A DNA stretch of 64,000 nucleotides from a virus, in IMG/VR virus record IMGVR_UViG_3300009551_000007, positions 1-64,000 of that record. One strand, written 5' to 3'. A model generated the notes under the pieces. That model saw nothing but the letters and a program-made list of their open reading frames with translations, did not search any database and had not been told where the DNA came from. Both the position numbers and the translations under genes were made by a program. Below, piece after piece: positions 19,336 through 28,194 of the stretch (position 1 is the stretch's first letter; every line of letters begins with the position of its first letter).

Positions 19336-19458
19336 GGTAATGGCTCCTTGTTCTACAGGCTGGTCACACACTCGGTATCTCCCCCGCGCCAGCCGTCGCG
19401 CTCCGCCTGTATTGGACGCTGGGCGGACACGGGGGAGAGGTCTAAGGACGTCGGCGTG

Positions 19459-19725
19459 TTACGCCTTCATCTTGGCTTCAAACTCGCGGTAAGAGACGCA
19501 GCCGTCACTATCAGCGTCCATCTCACGGAGGATTGCGGTGGCGGCAGCCCAACGGTCCAGCAAGCTGAGGTCCATGGCGTCGGCGAGTAGCGCGACGATC
19601 TCCTTGCGGCTCAGTCGCCCGTCCCCGTCGGCGTCTTTCGCGTCGAACGCTTTACGCCAGTCGCCGCCGTACCGACTGTTAACGAGCGCAGTCACGTCGG
19701 CGATCACTTCGGCCCGCGTAGTCAT
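19459..19725 (-). CDS. EF-hand calcium-binding protein
   Basis: Two canonical loops DADGDGRLSRKE and DADSDGCVSYRE. Confidence 0.85.
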   Translation of the reverse strand: MTTRAEVIADVTALVNSRYGGDWRKAFDAKDADGDGRLSRKEIVALLADAMDLSLLDRWAAATAILREMDADSDGCVSYREFEAKMKA

Positions 19726-19765
19726 GACTCCCTCGTCGTCGCGATGGGACGGGCGAACGGGCGAC

Positions 19766-20158
19766 TTACTTGCAGCGTCCGAACAGGCGGCGGACGGGCC
19801 CACCGCGTGCGCCGAACCCGGTCGTTCCACACTGACCGTTTGCGCACGCGCCGGACGAGTCCCCGACGAACGAACCGTCCGAGGCGAACACCCCGTTAGC
19901 GGCGTAAGGGCTGACTTGGAACGGCGTCGTATTGAATACTTGGGGCTGAACCGGTCCAGTCGGCGGGAAGGGTGAAGGTGAGGGCGTTACGCCTACCGAC
20001 TTGCTTTCGAGGGCACTGACGCGGCGTTCGAGGTCGGTCAGGCGCTTATTGATCGCTTGAAAGTCTTCGGCACGGAGCGGTTCCGCCGCGAAGCTCTCTG
20101 AGGAGAATAGACCTAATACGATACCGGCTGCTAGGGCGGAAACCACGATGAAACGCAT
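19766..20158 (-). CDS. Secreted protein with Cys/Gly-rich C-terminus
   Basis: Signal peptide MRFIVVSALAAGIVLGLFSSESFAAE, short coiled coil, ends GACANGQCG...RRLFGRCK. Confidence 0.7.
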   Translation of the reverse strand: MRFIVVSALAAGIVLGLFSSESFAAEPLRAEDFQAINKRLTDLERRVSALESKSVGVTPSPSPFPPTGPVQPQVFNTTPFQVSPYAANGVFASDGSFVGDSSGACANGQCGTTGFGARGGPVRRLFGRCK

Positions 20159-20202
20159 GCTTAACTCCTTGTAGGGGCGAACTGGTACGGGCGAACCGGT
20201 CG

Positions 20203-21261
20203 TCACGCCTTTAAGGGCGAGAAGTCTACTGCTGCGAGTAGCGTCTCACGCGCCGGGAAGCCGTCGTGCTGTGAGAAGGCGTAGGCTTCTGTGTCACTGT
20301 TAGCGAGAATCTTATTGGTGAGGTCGTAGGTCACGTAGAACAAGCCGGCGGGGTAGTCTGACGGGGGCTCACCGTGTGCGTCCGGGCCCCAGTTGTTACC
20401 CCAGCCGAACACCGGGCCCACGTCCGGGTGGTCCCAGAACTCGTGAATCCACATCTGATGGCCCCATGTGGCGTTCCAGCGGGACACGAGGCGGATTTGG
20501 TTCGGCGACTTACCCGCGACGGGCGGTGTCATCGGCGCGAACCCGAAGTTACTCGCGCAGGTCAGTGGGTAGCCGTTGGCGAGACTCGCAATGGCGTCGT
20601 CTGCCGACCGGATGGGCGACGCGGTGTGGAACAGGCGCTTCTGCCCGAACTCCAGCCAGTTGGAGGCGATCTGTGCGCCGTCCGACCACTGCATTTCTAG
20701 GTTGCCAGACAGCACCGCCCAGCCGCCTTGAATCTTCGGGTCGGGCAGGTCCGGTTGGCCGTCCGGGTCGAGCTCAAACAACCCGTCGCCCGTCGCCGCC
20801 TGTTGCCATGCCGTTCCGAACGAGCCTTCGCCGGAACCCTGAATGCCGCCACGGAACCGCGACCGCCCGTAAGTGTACAGCCACCAGGGCCAGCGGTACT
20901 CGATTGCCGCGCCCTTCAGGGCGATCTCGACGCCCTGCTCGATGATCGACATGTTGCCGCCACCGGCACCCACGCAGCTGCCGGTCTGCTGCCAGATGAA
21001 CGCCGGGTCTTTCCCGCCGAGCGCCTTCCGAATGTACTTCCAAAGGTTGTAGCGGCGGGCGTCGAGCGTGTACTTCCCCCGGATGTTGAACTTGGGGAGC
21101 ATGCGCTCGGCGGCTTCCTTGAACTCGTTCTGGGCCTTGGTGCGGCGGTCCGTGTTCAGGTAGCCGAAGTTGATCACCGTCCCGCGCGCACTCTCCCGCG
21201 CCGCCGCCTCGATGCGGTTCTTCGCGGGGAGTGCGGAGAAGTCGATTGTCTCTAGTGCCAC
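20203..21261 (-). CDS. Papain-like (C1A) cysteine peptidase
   Basis: QQTGSCVG (oxyanion Q and catalytic C), WGHQM (H), GNNWG (N). Confidence 0.8.
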   Translation of the reverse strand: MALETIDFSALPAKNRIEAAARESARGTVINFGYLNTDRRTKAQNEFKEAAERMLPKFNIRGKYTLDARRYNLWKYIRKALGGKDPAFIWQQTGSCVGAGGGNMSIIEQGVEIALKGAAIEYRWPWWLYTYGRSRFRGGIQGSGEGSFGTAWQQAATGDGLFELDPDGQPDLPDPKIQGGWAVLSGNLEMQWSDGAQIASNWLEFGQKRLFHTASPIRSADDAIASLANGYPLTCASNFGFAPMTPPVAGKSPNQIRLVSRWNATWGHQMWIHEFWDHPDVGPVFGWGNNWGPDAHGEPPSDYPAGLFYVTYDLTNKILANSDTEAYAFSQHDGFPARETLLAAVDFSPLKA

Positions 21262-21301
21262 GTTCAGCTCCTTGGTTTGCCGTGGGCGAGTCAGTTATCG
21301 G

Positions 21302-21784
21302 TTAGCCGAGAATCACTGTCACTTGGGACGTTTGCGCTGCGGTCCCGGACAGGTCGATTGTCTTATGTGTCGAGTCGATGGTGGTACCGTTATTGTTGAA
21401 CGCCCAGTGCGTGGTACAGCCGGCGGGGATGGTGACCGACGTGCCGAACAGGTTCAGCCCGTTCGACGCGCCCGGCACTATCGTGAGGGGGTTCGCACCG
21501 AGGTTCTTGACGCGAATCTCCTGGACCTTCATGCCGTTCCCGTCAACCACGCCGCCGTTGGTCCCGGTCAGGTTGCGGAAGTCAATGGTCAAGGCACCAC
21601 TCACTAGCGCGGCGGTGAATAGGGCACATAGCTGTGCTGGCGGCGACGAACCGGAATTCATCGTCCTGCTTTGGTCGAACCCCGTGTGAGTGACTTGCCG
21701 CGTGGCGTCGGGTGCCGACCCGGTATTGTTGGGTAGCGTCTCGACGACTTTGATTTGTTGAATCGAAGTGACGGTCACGGCCAT
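21302..21784 (-). CDS. Putative virion structural protein
   Basis: 160 aa Thr/Gly/Asn-rich beta protein, GGAG SD. Confidence 0.55.
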   Translation of the reverse strand: MAVTVTSIQQIKVVETLPNNTGSAPDATRQVTHTGFDQSRTMNSGSSPPAQLCALFTAALVSGALTIDFRNLTGTNGGVVDGNGMKVQEIRVKNLGANPLTIVPGASNGLNLFGTSVTIPAGCTTHWAFNNNGTTIDSTHKTIDLSGTAAQTSQVTVILG

Positions 21785-21868
21785 GGCATTTCTCCCAGGA
21801 GGTTGGTTCCGGTTAGCGGTGTCGAACGGATGGACCTTTTTCGACGAGAGTACGGTGCGCGACCGACG

Positions 21869-22660
21869 CTATTCGAGCCCGGCCGCGATCTCGTTGAAGG
21901 CGTCCACCCAGTCCTGTTTCGTCTTGATCTTACCTGCGTTGTACTGAGCGAAGAACTGCGTGGCGACGGCGTCGGCCCATGCCTTCCAGTCGCTCGTCGT
22001 TCCGCCCGCGCCCGATAGTGCGGTCGCATTGGAATCCGCCCAGTTACCGAGCACGAGTTTCGCTGTGGCTGTCGAGTTCGACGGGTCGGGCTGGCCCCCG
22101 GCGGTGACGGCGGTCGCGAAGGCGCGAATCGAACCGGCGAGCGCCTTCAGTTCCGCCGCCTTATGACCTTTCGCGCCGGCCCGACTGGTTTGGGTCAGAC
22201 CGAACTTCGTTTCCGGGTTGGGTGCAGGCGGGGTCACCGGGTCAACGGGTGTGACTGGTACGGCGGGCTTGACCGTGAACTCGAACCAGCCCTGGAGGAC
22301 GTCTTCGCCCTTGAAGGCACGGACGCGGGCCTTGTAGGTGCCCGGTGGGATAATGAATTCGTAAGTGCTCTTGTTCTTTTGCGCGGCTTCGTCCAGCCCC
22401 TCGAACGGGTACACGTCCCAAAGTATCGTGTAGCCGGACGGGACGCCGACCACGGTCAGGCGTTGGAGCTTGTAAGGTTGTACTTCCTTGATGCCGGTGA
22501 CGGAGAGTGGGACCGGGTCGGACGGCTTGGGGTCGTCGGGCGCGCCGAGAGCGGGGAGCGAGTACCCGCTGGAAGCCGGCACATTCTCGACGGGGCCGCG
22601 TTGGTCCGCCGAAGCGAGGAGACCGAGTACGGTGGATAGAAAGTACAGGCGGAATGCCAT
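21869..22660 (-). CDS. Secreted/periplasmic protein
   Basis: N-terminal signal peptide, beta domain, Pro-rich linker, helical C-terminal domain; AAGGAG SD. Confidence 0.7.
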   Translation of the reverse strand: MAFRLYFLSTVLGLLASADQRGPVENVPASSGYSLPALGAPDDPKPSDPVPLSVTGIKEVQPYKLQRLTVVGVPSGYTILWDVYPFEGLDEAAQKNKSTYEFIIPPGTYKARVRAFKGEDVLQGWFEFTVKPAVPVTPVDPVTPPAPNPETKFGLTQTSRAGAKGHKAAELKALAGSIRAFATAVTAGGQPDPSNSTATAKLVLGNWADSNATALSGAGGTTSDWKAWADAVATQFFAQYNAGKIKTKQDWVDAFNEIAAGLE

Positions 22661-22706
22661 GAGTTAGCTCCTTATGGCGTTGTCGGGTGAAGTTCTCTGA
22701 GGGGAA

Positions 22707-23168
22707 TTACCCCGCCTTGGTTGGTGGTGGCGTGATCGGCATTTTACGGATGCCCGAATCGGGGCTGGCCACCTTTTCTTCGATCTTCGCTACCACCACG
22801 TCGGCCGCCACTGCGGGAAGAGCGGCAAGGACGGTCTTAATGTCGCCGGCGTTCGATTCGACCGCGCGGCGGGTCGTATCGTTGGTCGAGTCGTTGACTT
22901 GGGTCCATGCCTTAATGGTCGCCAAGATCGTCTTACTGATCTCACGGTCATTGTCGGCGTTCGCTTCCGACATCTCGACCTTGTCACTGAGGACCGAGAT
23001 GCGGTTCATTAGGGCACGGACGCGGAGCACGAAGTAGATGAGGACTATGAGTAGGGCGGCTTTCATCCCCAGCCACATCCACATCATGAGGTACATTTTA
23101 TCCACCGCCTCCATCATCGGGTCAACATGGTGCACGTTGAGGAGGATCAGGTTAGTGGTCGGTGTCAC
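22707..23168 (-). CDS. Membrane protein with coiled coil (holin/spanin-like candidate)
   Basis: One hydrophobic segment YLMMWMWLGMKAALLIVLIYFVL. Confidence 0.6.
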   Translation of the reverse strand: MTPTTNLILLNVHHVDPMMEAVDKMYLMMWMWLGMKAALLIVLIYFVLRVRALMNRISVLSDKVEMSEANADNDREISKTILATIKAWTQVNDSTNDTTRRAVESNAGDIKTVLAALPAVAADVVVAKIEEKVASPDSGIRKMPITPPPTKAG

Positions 23169-23670
23169 GGTCGCTCTCGTTGGCTTGGGGCGAGATGGGA
23201 CGGTGGAGACCGGAACCGCCGGGAACCAGATCGTTTATCTGCTCCTCCAGGCCCTCCGGTATCGGCATCTTCTTGCTCTTGGCCCAGGCCAGAATCACGC
23301 GGAGAATGGCGCGCGTCGCCGAGTGTTCCGTTTCACACCGTGATGCCCTCACCACCGCGTCCCGCTCGCGGCTCTCGGCGGCGGCTATGGCGTCGTCACA
23401 CTTCTTCTCCACCTCGTTGAACTTGGCGGTCTGCTTCTCGAACTCCTTATTCAGCCGGTCCACAACCTCCCATGCTTCCGTGGCCGCGCTCCGGTTCTTC
23501 TCCTGTCGAATGCTCAAGTCGACCCTGGACGCCTCCGCGCCGATCACGATGTTCTGTTCACGAATCTTCCTCACTAGTCTCCATACGACCGCCGCTGCCC
23601 CGACGAGCGGAAGGACCGACGAAACTAGGGCAGTTACCCACCATGGAGTGCCGTTGTTTTCCCCGTCCAT
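23152..23670 (-). CDS. Membrane-anchored coiled-coil protein (holin-like candidate)
   Basis: N-terminal TM WWVTALVSSVLPLVGAAAVVW followed by a coiled coil. Confidence 0.6.
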   Translation of the reverse strand: MDGENNGTPWWVTALVSSVLPLVGAAAVVWRLVRKIREQNIVIGAEASRVDLSIRQEKNRSAATEAWEVVDRLNKEFEKQTAKFNEVEKKCDDAIAAAESRERDAVVRASRCETEHSATRAILRVILAWAKSKKMPIPEGLEEQINDLVPGGSGLHRPISPQANESDRDTDH

Positions 23671-23714
23671 CTCGCTCTCCGTCTGGGCTGGTGATCGTCC
23701 GGGCGACGGTGAGG

Positions 23715-24185
23715 TTACTCGCTCCCCTCCTCGCCCGTGCTACTGCGGTGTGCGCGGATGGCTTCGATGATTTGGGTCTTATTGGCGCGACTGTCGATGG
23801 CGATTTCTTCGGCGTCGGCGAGCTTCTTGAGGTCGGCCACCGTCATGTCTTCCAGCCCGTCACTCGCCGGTGCCGCTTCCTCCTCGGTCACTTCCTCGTC
23901 GGGCGTCTCTTCCTCGTCGGAGTGGGCTGCCCCCTTCGGCCCGATGTCTTTCTCGGTTTGAACGATGGGCTTCGGCGGGAGCGTCTTCGCCGGCTGCTTC
24001 AGGTTCTTCTTGGCGTTGGCGATCTCGGATTCGGTCGCGGGCCGGCACCGTTCGGGCATCGTTTCGGCCAGGTTCTCTTCCGACTCGAACACCGAATTAT
24101 TCGGGTCACTACTGGTGTACGTTCGGGCGTTCACCCCTGTGCCGGTGACGTGTCCCCCGGCTGTGAGCTTGATCCAAAAAGCCAT
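23715..24185 (-). CDS. Rho-N/HeH-like domain protein
   Basis: C-terminal LEDMTVADLKKLA...KTQIIEAI; position right after the capsid gene. Confidence 0.7.
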   Translation of the reverse strand: MAFWIKLTAGGHVTGTGVNARTYTSSDPNNSVFESEENLAETMPERCRPATESEIANAKKNLKQPAKTLPPKPIVQTEKDIGPKGAAHSDEEETPDEEVTEEEAAPASDGLEDMTVADLKKLADAEEIAIDSRANKTQIIEAIRAHRSSTGEEGSE

Positions 24186-24227
24186 GACGGTCTCCTGTGG
24201 GAGGTGTGGACGGGCGATTCATGAGGC

Positions 24228-24284
24228 GGGCGGCTCTGGGACGCCGGCACAGCGTATCGGTCGTAGGAACCGCCAGAGCCGCCC
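24228..24284. terminator. 12-bp stem-loop downstream of major capsid gene
   Basis: GGGCGGCTCTGG 24228-24239 pairs with CCAGAGCCGCCC 24273-24284; large loop, no U-tract. Confidence 0.45.
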
Positions 24285-24291
24285 ATGTGTG

Positions 24292-25377
24292 TTACGCCGT
24301 CCGCATGTGGGCTGTGCCGCTGTTGCCCGCAGTGTCGGGGCGGAGCTGCGTGAGAAGCATCGCCATGACCTTGTAGTGCTTGGCCATGCCACCGAGCGAC
24401 TCCCATTGAATGGTTTGCACTTCCATGCCGACGACGACGCGGACGGACTGAACTTGGGTCTCCTGGAGAACGCAGTTGTATTGCGTGTTCGGCAGGAGGT
24501 CGAGGGTGATGATGTCCTTGATGTCGTCGATGGCGAGGATGCGCTGCCGGAGCGTCGTGCTGTTGTTCGTGTTCGGGTTGAAGTCGGCGTCGAGCCACTG
24601 GGACCATTGCTTGTTGACGTAGAACACGAACGGGCCGCGGTGCTTATTGTTTAACAGGCTCTGGCGGATTGCGAGGATGGCGTTGATGATCGCCTGGTTG
24701 TTCGTGCCGTCCGGGACAACCATGTCCGTCTTCGTGACACGCTGCGGGAAGTTGATCAGCCCGTAGATCGTGCCGCCGCCGAACGAGAACGGGCCGACGG
24801 CACCCGCGCCGAGGCCTTCGAGTTCTTCCGCGACCTTGATGCCTGCCAGTTCGGCCATGGTGGTGTCGAACGGCATGTTACCGTTCCGCGACACGAGCAC
24901 CTCACGCGCAGAGAAGTCGAAGTCTTTCCACGCAATGGGCAAGGGGAAGTTGGCGTAGTCGGTCGTCGGGCGGTCGCTCTCGCCCCGGCGAATCGGGTCC
25001 ATGCCGATGGTCGCTGGCGTCGTGTCGTACTGCTTTTGGTACTGGAGGACCGTGTGGGCCATCGCGTTCGGGATGTTGTAAACCAGACCTCGACTGCGAA
25101 TGGAAGTGATCAGGTTCAGCTGGTTCTGGAGGGCCTTGACCACGGCGTTGTCGAACTCGTACCATGCGAGCCGGGGCAGCGTCGCCGGCGCGTTCGTCAC
25201 CATGACGCGCTTCTCGAACTTGCCGGTTTTAGGGTTGAACTCCGTCCGCTGGACGTAGTTCCGCCCGTCGGAACCAATCCAGGGGCGCAGGACGCCAATG
25301 TCGAAGTTGTTCGCAATCAACCGGTCTGCGGAATCGCCCAGACCGTTGGCGAAATTCATCAGGGAGTCAACAGGCAT
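24292..25377 (-). CDS. Major capsid protein (HK97 fold, linocin/encapsulin-like group)
   Basis: 361 aa; PLPIAWKDFDFSARE, IYGLINFP; synteny after protease and decoration genes. Confidence 0.88.
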   Translation of the reverse strand: MPVDSLMNFANGLGDSADRLIANNFDIGVLRPWIGSDGRNYVQRTEFNPKTGKFEKRVMVTNAPATLPRLAWYEFDNAVVKALQNQLNLITSIRSRGLVYNIPNAMAHTVLQYQKQYDTTPATIGMDPIRRGESDRPTTDYANFPLPIAWKDFDFSAREVLVSRNGNMPFDTTMAELAGIKVAEELEGLGAGAVGPFSFGGGTIYGLINFPQRVTKTDMVVPDGTNNQAIINAILAIRQSLLNNKHRGPFVFYVNKQWSQWLDADFNPNTNNSTTLRQRILAIDDIKDIITLDLLPNTQYNCVLQETQVQSVRVVVGMEVQTIQWESLGGMAKHYKVMAMLLTQLRPDTAGNSGTAHMRTA

Positions 25378-25436
25378 GAGCAGTTCCTAAATGGGGGCGA
25401 AGGTGCGGGGTGAATTAACGTGGACGGTCGGACGGC

Positions 25437-25910
25437 TCAGATCACGATCATGCGGATGAGGGTGTCCGCCGCGAGTACGCCGCCGGTGTCGTCGAGGGAC
25501 TTACCGACCAGGCCGGTCGTGGCGGCAATCGCCTTGCCCGCCGTATTGAAGCTGATGCCCTCTTCCTTGTCGATGTCTTCACCGAGGAGGGCGAGTACCA
25601 GTACGACGTCGCCCTTGCCGGGTATGTAGACGCCGATCTGTTCGCCCGGCGTCAGCGCGTCGTCGATGCCCAGACCGGTGAGGGATTGTTCTTTGGCAAT
25701 CATTAGGTCGGGTGCGCCGCCCGTGGGACCGCCCGAACCACCAGTGGCGGCGGACGCGCCGACCGCTGCGGTGTCCACTTCCATGACGCGGACGGCTGTG
25801 GTGCGCTTCAAGTTCTGACCGGGCTTGCATGCCCCAGACAGGATGACTTCTTCGTCGCGGCCGTTGTCGCCACGAAGGACGATCTTGGAGTGGCCCGAAA
25901 TGGAGGGCAT
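25437..25910 (-). CDS. Head decoration protein
   Basis: 157 aa Gly/Ala-rich, between protease and capsid genes. Confidence 0.7.
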   Translation of the reverse strand: MPSISGHSKIVLRGDNGRDEEVILSGACKPGQNLKRTTAVRVMEVDTAAVGASAATGGSGGPTGGAPDLMIAKEQSLTGLGIDDALTPGEQIGVYIPGKGDVVLVLALLGEDIDKEEGISFNTAGKAIAATTGLVGKSLDDTGGVLAADTLIRMIVI

Positions 25911-25978
25911 AGGATGATCCGTGTAAGGGTTGTGGGCGACAGGGGCGAGTCTCGGCTAATGTCGGTGCCGCGCCGGGG

Positions 25979-27562
25979 TCACTTCTTTTGTGGCGCGAAG
26001 TCCCACTTGGCGTCTTCCAGCGGTGCCTCGTTAATCACTGGCGTCGGGTACGTTCCGGCGGCACCGAAGAAGTTGTTGGTCGGCGCGGTGAACGGGTTGA
26101 GCACGGTAGTCGGCTGGTTCGGGTTGCCGGTAGCGGTCGGCATCAGCGAGAGCATCATCTGAAGTTCTTCAATCGGCTTCGCCGTGAGGAACTGAACCGC
26201 CTTGTCGCGCTGCTCGCCCGCAGCCATATTGGCGACGAGCTGGCCGATAACTTGGTTCTTCTCGTTCTGGTGGACCTGGACCGCCGAGTTCCACACCGGG
26301 CGGAGCGCTTCGGGCATCTGCTGCAGCCACTGGTCGGGCGACAGCGTCCCTGTCGGCGCGGGCGTCTGGGCCGGGGCGGGTTGAGTTTGAGTGTTATTGG
26401 TGGGCACGGCTACCGGTTGGGTCGGGGTAGGAATTTTGGGCGTGGTCTTCCAGGTGTTCGTAGTTCGGTCGTAGGTGTGTTGGTTGCCGTAGCCGTCGAC
26501 GAAGCTCGTCATGCCGGCGTTGGCGGCGATCTGGCGGCGTGCGAAGTCCATTGCCCTCAGGTCGTTGTCGGTGAGCTTTTCGAGTTCGGTCTGGGTGCGG
26601 CCCTTCCACGGCGCGTCGTCGGGGACGACGTTGCAACCGCAGTTGGTTACGAGTTGGTTGACCATCGCCGCACGTTGTTCGGCGGTAAGCGGAATCATGG
26701 TATCTCCTGTGACGGACGGGACGGGGGACTGGTCGGTGTTCGTGGTGGGCTTGGTTCCGCACATCGCGCCGAACATGCCCATTTGACGCTTGGTGAGTTT
26801 ATGACCGTTGACCATGCCGTCCTTCATGATCTTACATGCCTTGTCGGGGGTCATGTCGAGCATGCCGGACGGGTGAGCCTTATTGAGCACCTCGACGAGA
26901 CCGGCGAGTTCGGCGATGAAGCCGGGACCGCCCGACACTTCGACGTGAATGCCCTCGTTGAGCGTGACGCTCTCCAACGGCACCGGGTCGACGGGAGTGT
27001 TCAACGTCGGGAGGAGCTGGTTCACGAGGAACCCGCAGCCGTCCTTGATCGTGCACGCGCCCGGCGAGTCGAGGAGCACCGCCAAGTGATCGGCCTTGTA
27101 GTTCCGCGCCGTGGCGACGTAGGACCGGCCGTTATGGTTCGCGCCGGCCGGAGCTGGCTGGTTGGTAGTGAATAGTCCGGTCGACAGCCCGAACGGTTTC
27201 TTATTGCGGAGGTAGTCGATTATGCGTGGCTCGACTTGATTAGTGGCCTCGACGTCGAACCATGCTTCGGCACGTAGCCGACCGTCGTAGGTGCTACGGT
27301 GGAGGCGGCCAATTACGTCGATGTCCGGGTCTCGCCCGGAGACGTGAAAGCCGTTACGGACGGGATGACCGACGGTAATGGGGACGTCATTCCACTGTGA
27401 GACGTCGCGCTTCACCTCGTCTTCGGGGTAGTACAGCGGGCCGTTCGAGCCGGGCAGTACGCCGGGCACAATGAGAGTGGCGTTGGCAACGAGGTACTCA
27501 CGCCCGTTCCGCTTCACGGAAGTGACAGTGTGTATGCCGTTGAGAATCAGGAGGGATTCCAC
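25979..27562 (-). CDS. DUF2213-type prohead protease/scaffold
   Basis: PITVGHP, LSTGL, DHLAVLLDSPGAC...GCG; low-complexity scaffold C-terminus. Confidence 0.85.
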   Translation of the reverse strand: MESLLILNGIHTVTSVKRNGREYLVANATLIVPGVLPGSNGPLYYPEDEVKRDVSQWNDVPITVGHPVRNGFHVSGRDPDIDVIGRLHRSTYDGRLRAEAWFDVEATNQVEPRIIDYLRNKKPFGLSTGLFTTNQPAPAGANHNGRSYVATARNYKADHLAVLLDSPGACTIKDGCGFLVNQLLPTLNTPVDPVPLESVTLNEGIHVEVSGGPGFIAELAGLVEVLNKAHPSGMLDMTPDKACKIMKDGMVNGHKLTKRQMGMFGAMCGTKPTTNTDQSPVPSVTGDTMIPLTAEQRAAMVNQLVTNCGCNVVPDDAPWKGRTQTELEKLTDNDLRAMDFARRQIAANAGMTSFVDGYGNQHTYDRTTNTWKTTPKIPTPTQPVAVPTNNTQTQPAPAQTPAPTGTLSPDQWLQQMPEALRPVWNSAVQVHQNEKNQVIGQLVANMAAGEQRDKAVQFLTAKPIEELQMMLSLMPTATGNPNQPTTVLNPFTAPTNNFFGAAGTYPTPVINEAPLEDAKWDFAPQKK

Positions 27563-27653
27563 GCCGGTAACTCGCAGTAGTTTGTTGCTATCCGCGAGTT
27601 ACCTTAGTGGAGTGAAAGAGTTGACTTCTAGACGTGCGGGGAAACAAAGACGC

Positions 27654-27956
27654 TTAAGATTCGACCGCCTCCTTATGGGTCATAAGATTCACGACGTGCT
27701 GGTAGTGGAGCTTCCTATTTATCCGGGTCGACAAGAGTTCGTGGCCGATGGTCCGGAGCTTCTTCCTGATCTCGAACATGTGCTTAATCAGGTGACTATT
27801 GTCCGCCAGTTCGTCGATGCATTTCAGTAGCTCGGTCGACTCGTGGGGCCGGCCGTCCGACAGCACGCGAACGAGCTTGGCTTGCATCTTCGTGAGGGTA
27901 ATTCCCCTCAGGAGGTCCGCGTCGGGGTGGTCATTAACTTGAGGCTTGTGCTTCAT
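27654..27956 (-). CDS. Winged helix-turn-helix DNA-binding protein
   Basis: LTKMQAKLVRVLSDGRPH...LIKHMFEIRKKL resembles an OmpR-like wHTH. Confidence 0.65.
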   Translation of the reverse strand: MKHKPQVNDHPDADLLRGITLTKMQAKLVRVLSDGRPHESTELLKCIDELADNSHLIKHMFEIRKKLRTIGHELLSTRINRKLHYQHVVNLMTHKEAVES

Positions 27957-28167
27957 AGTCTTCTCCTGTGGCGGTGATTTCGTAACTCACTTCCGTCTCG
28001 TCGGGCGCCAGTATCGGGTCGCCAGTAAGCATGGCTTCAATCCACGCATTGGCCTCGCCCTCGGTGTCCGCTTGCGGTGCGCCCATGTCGGCGAGTGCGA
28101 GCTTCCCGCCGGCCTTCTGTTGGGCGGTGAACAGGTCGTCGGTCGGGAGGATGTTCGGGGTAGCCAT
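27934..28167 (-). CDS. Small acidic protein downstream of MuF-toxin (possible immunity protein)
   Basis: 77 aa, AGGAG SD, immediately follows the ART-domain gene. Confidence 0.55.
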   Translation of the reverse strand: MATPNILPTDDLFTAQQKAGGKLALADMGAPQADTEGEANAWIEAMLTGDPILAPDETEVSYEITATGEDYEAQASS

Positions 28168-28194
28168 GGTATAGTCTCCTGAGGGGAACTAGTA

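Noticed and set aside
24292-25377. Encapsulin nanocompartment
   Set aside because: The linocin-like protein lies in a full head operon with portal, protease and terminase, so it is the phage capsid
25988-27175. Long antisense ORFs (also 12309-13343, 31386-32276, 6854-7690)
   Set aside because: Mirror frames of well-supported - strand genes with no recognisable domains
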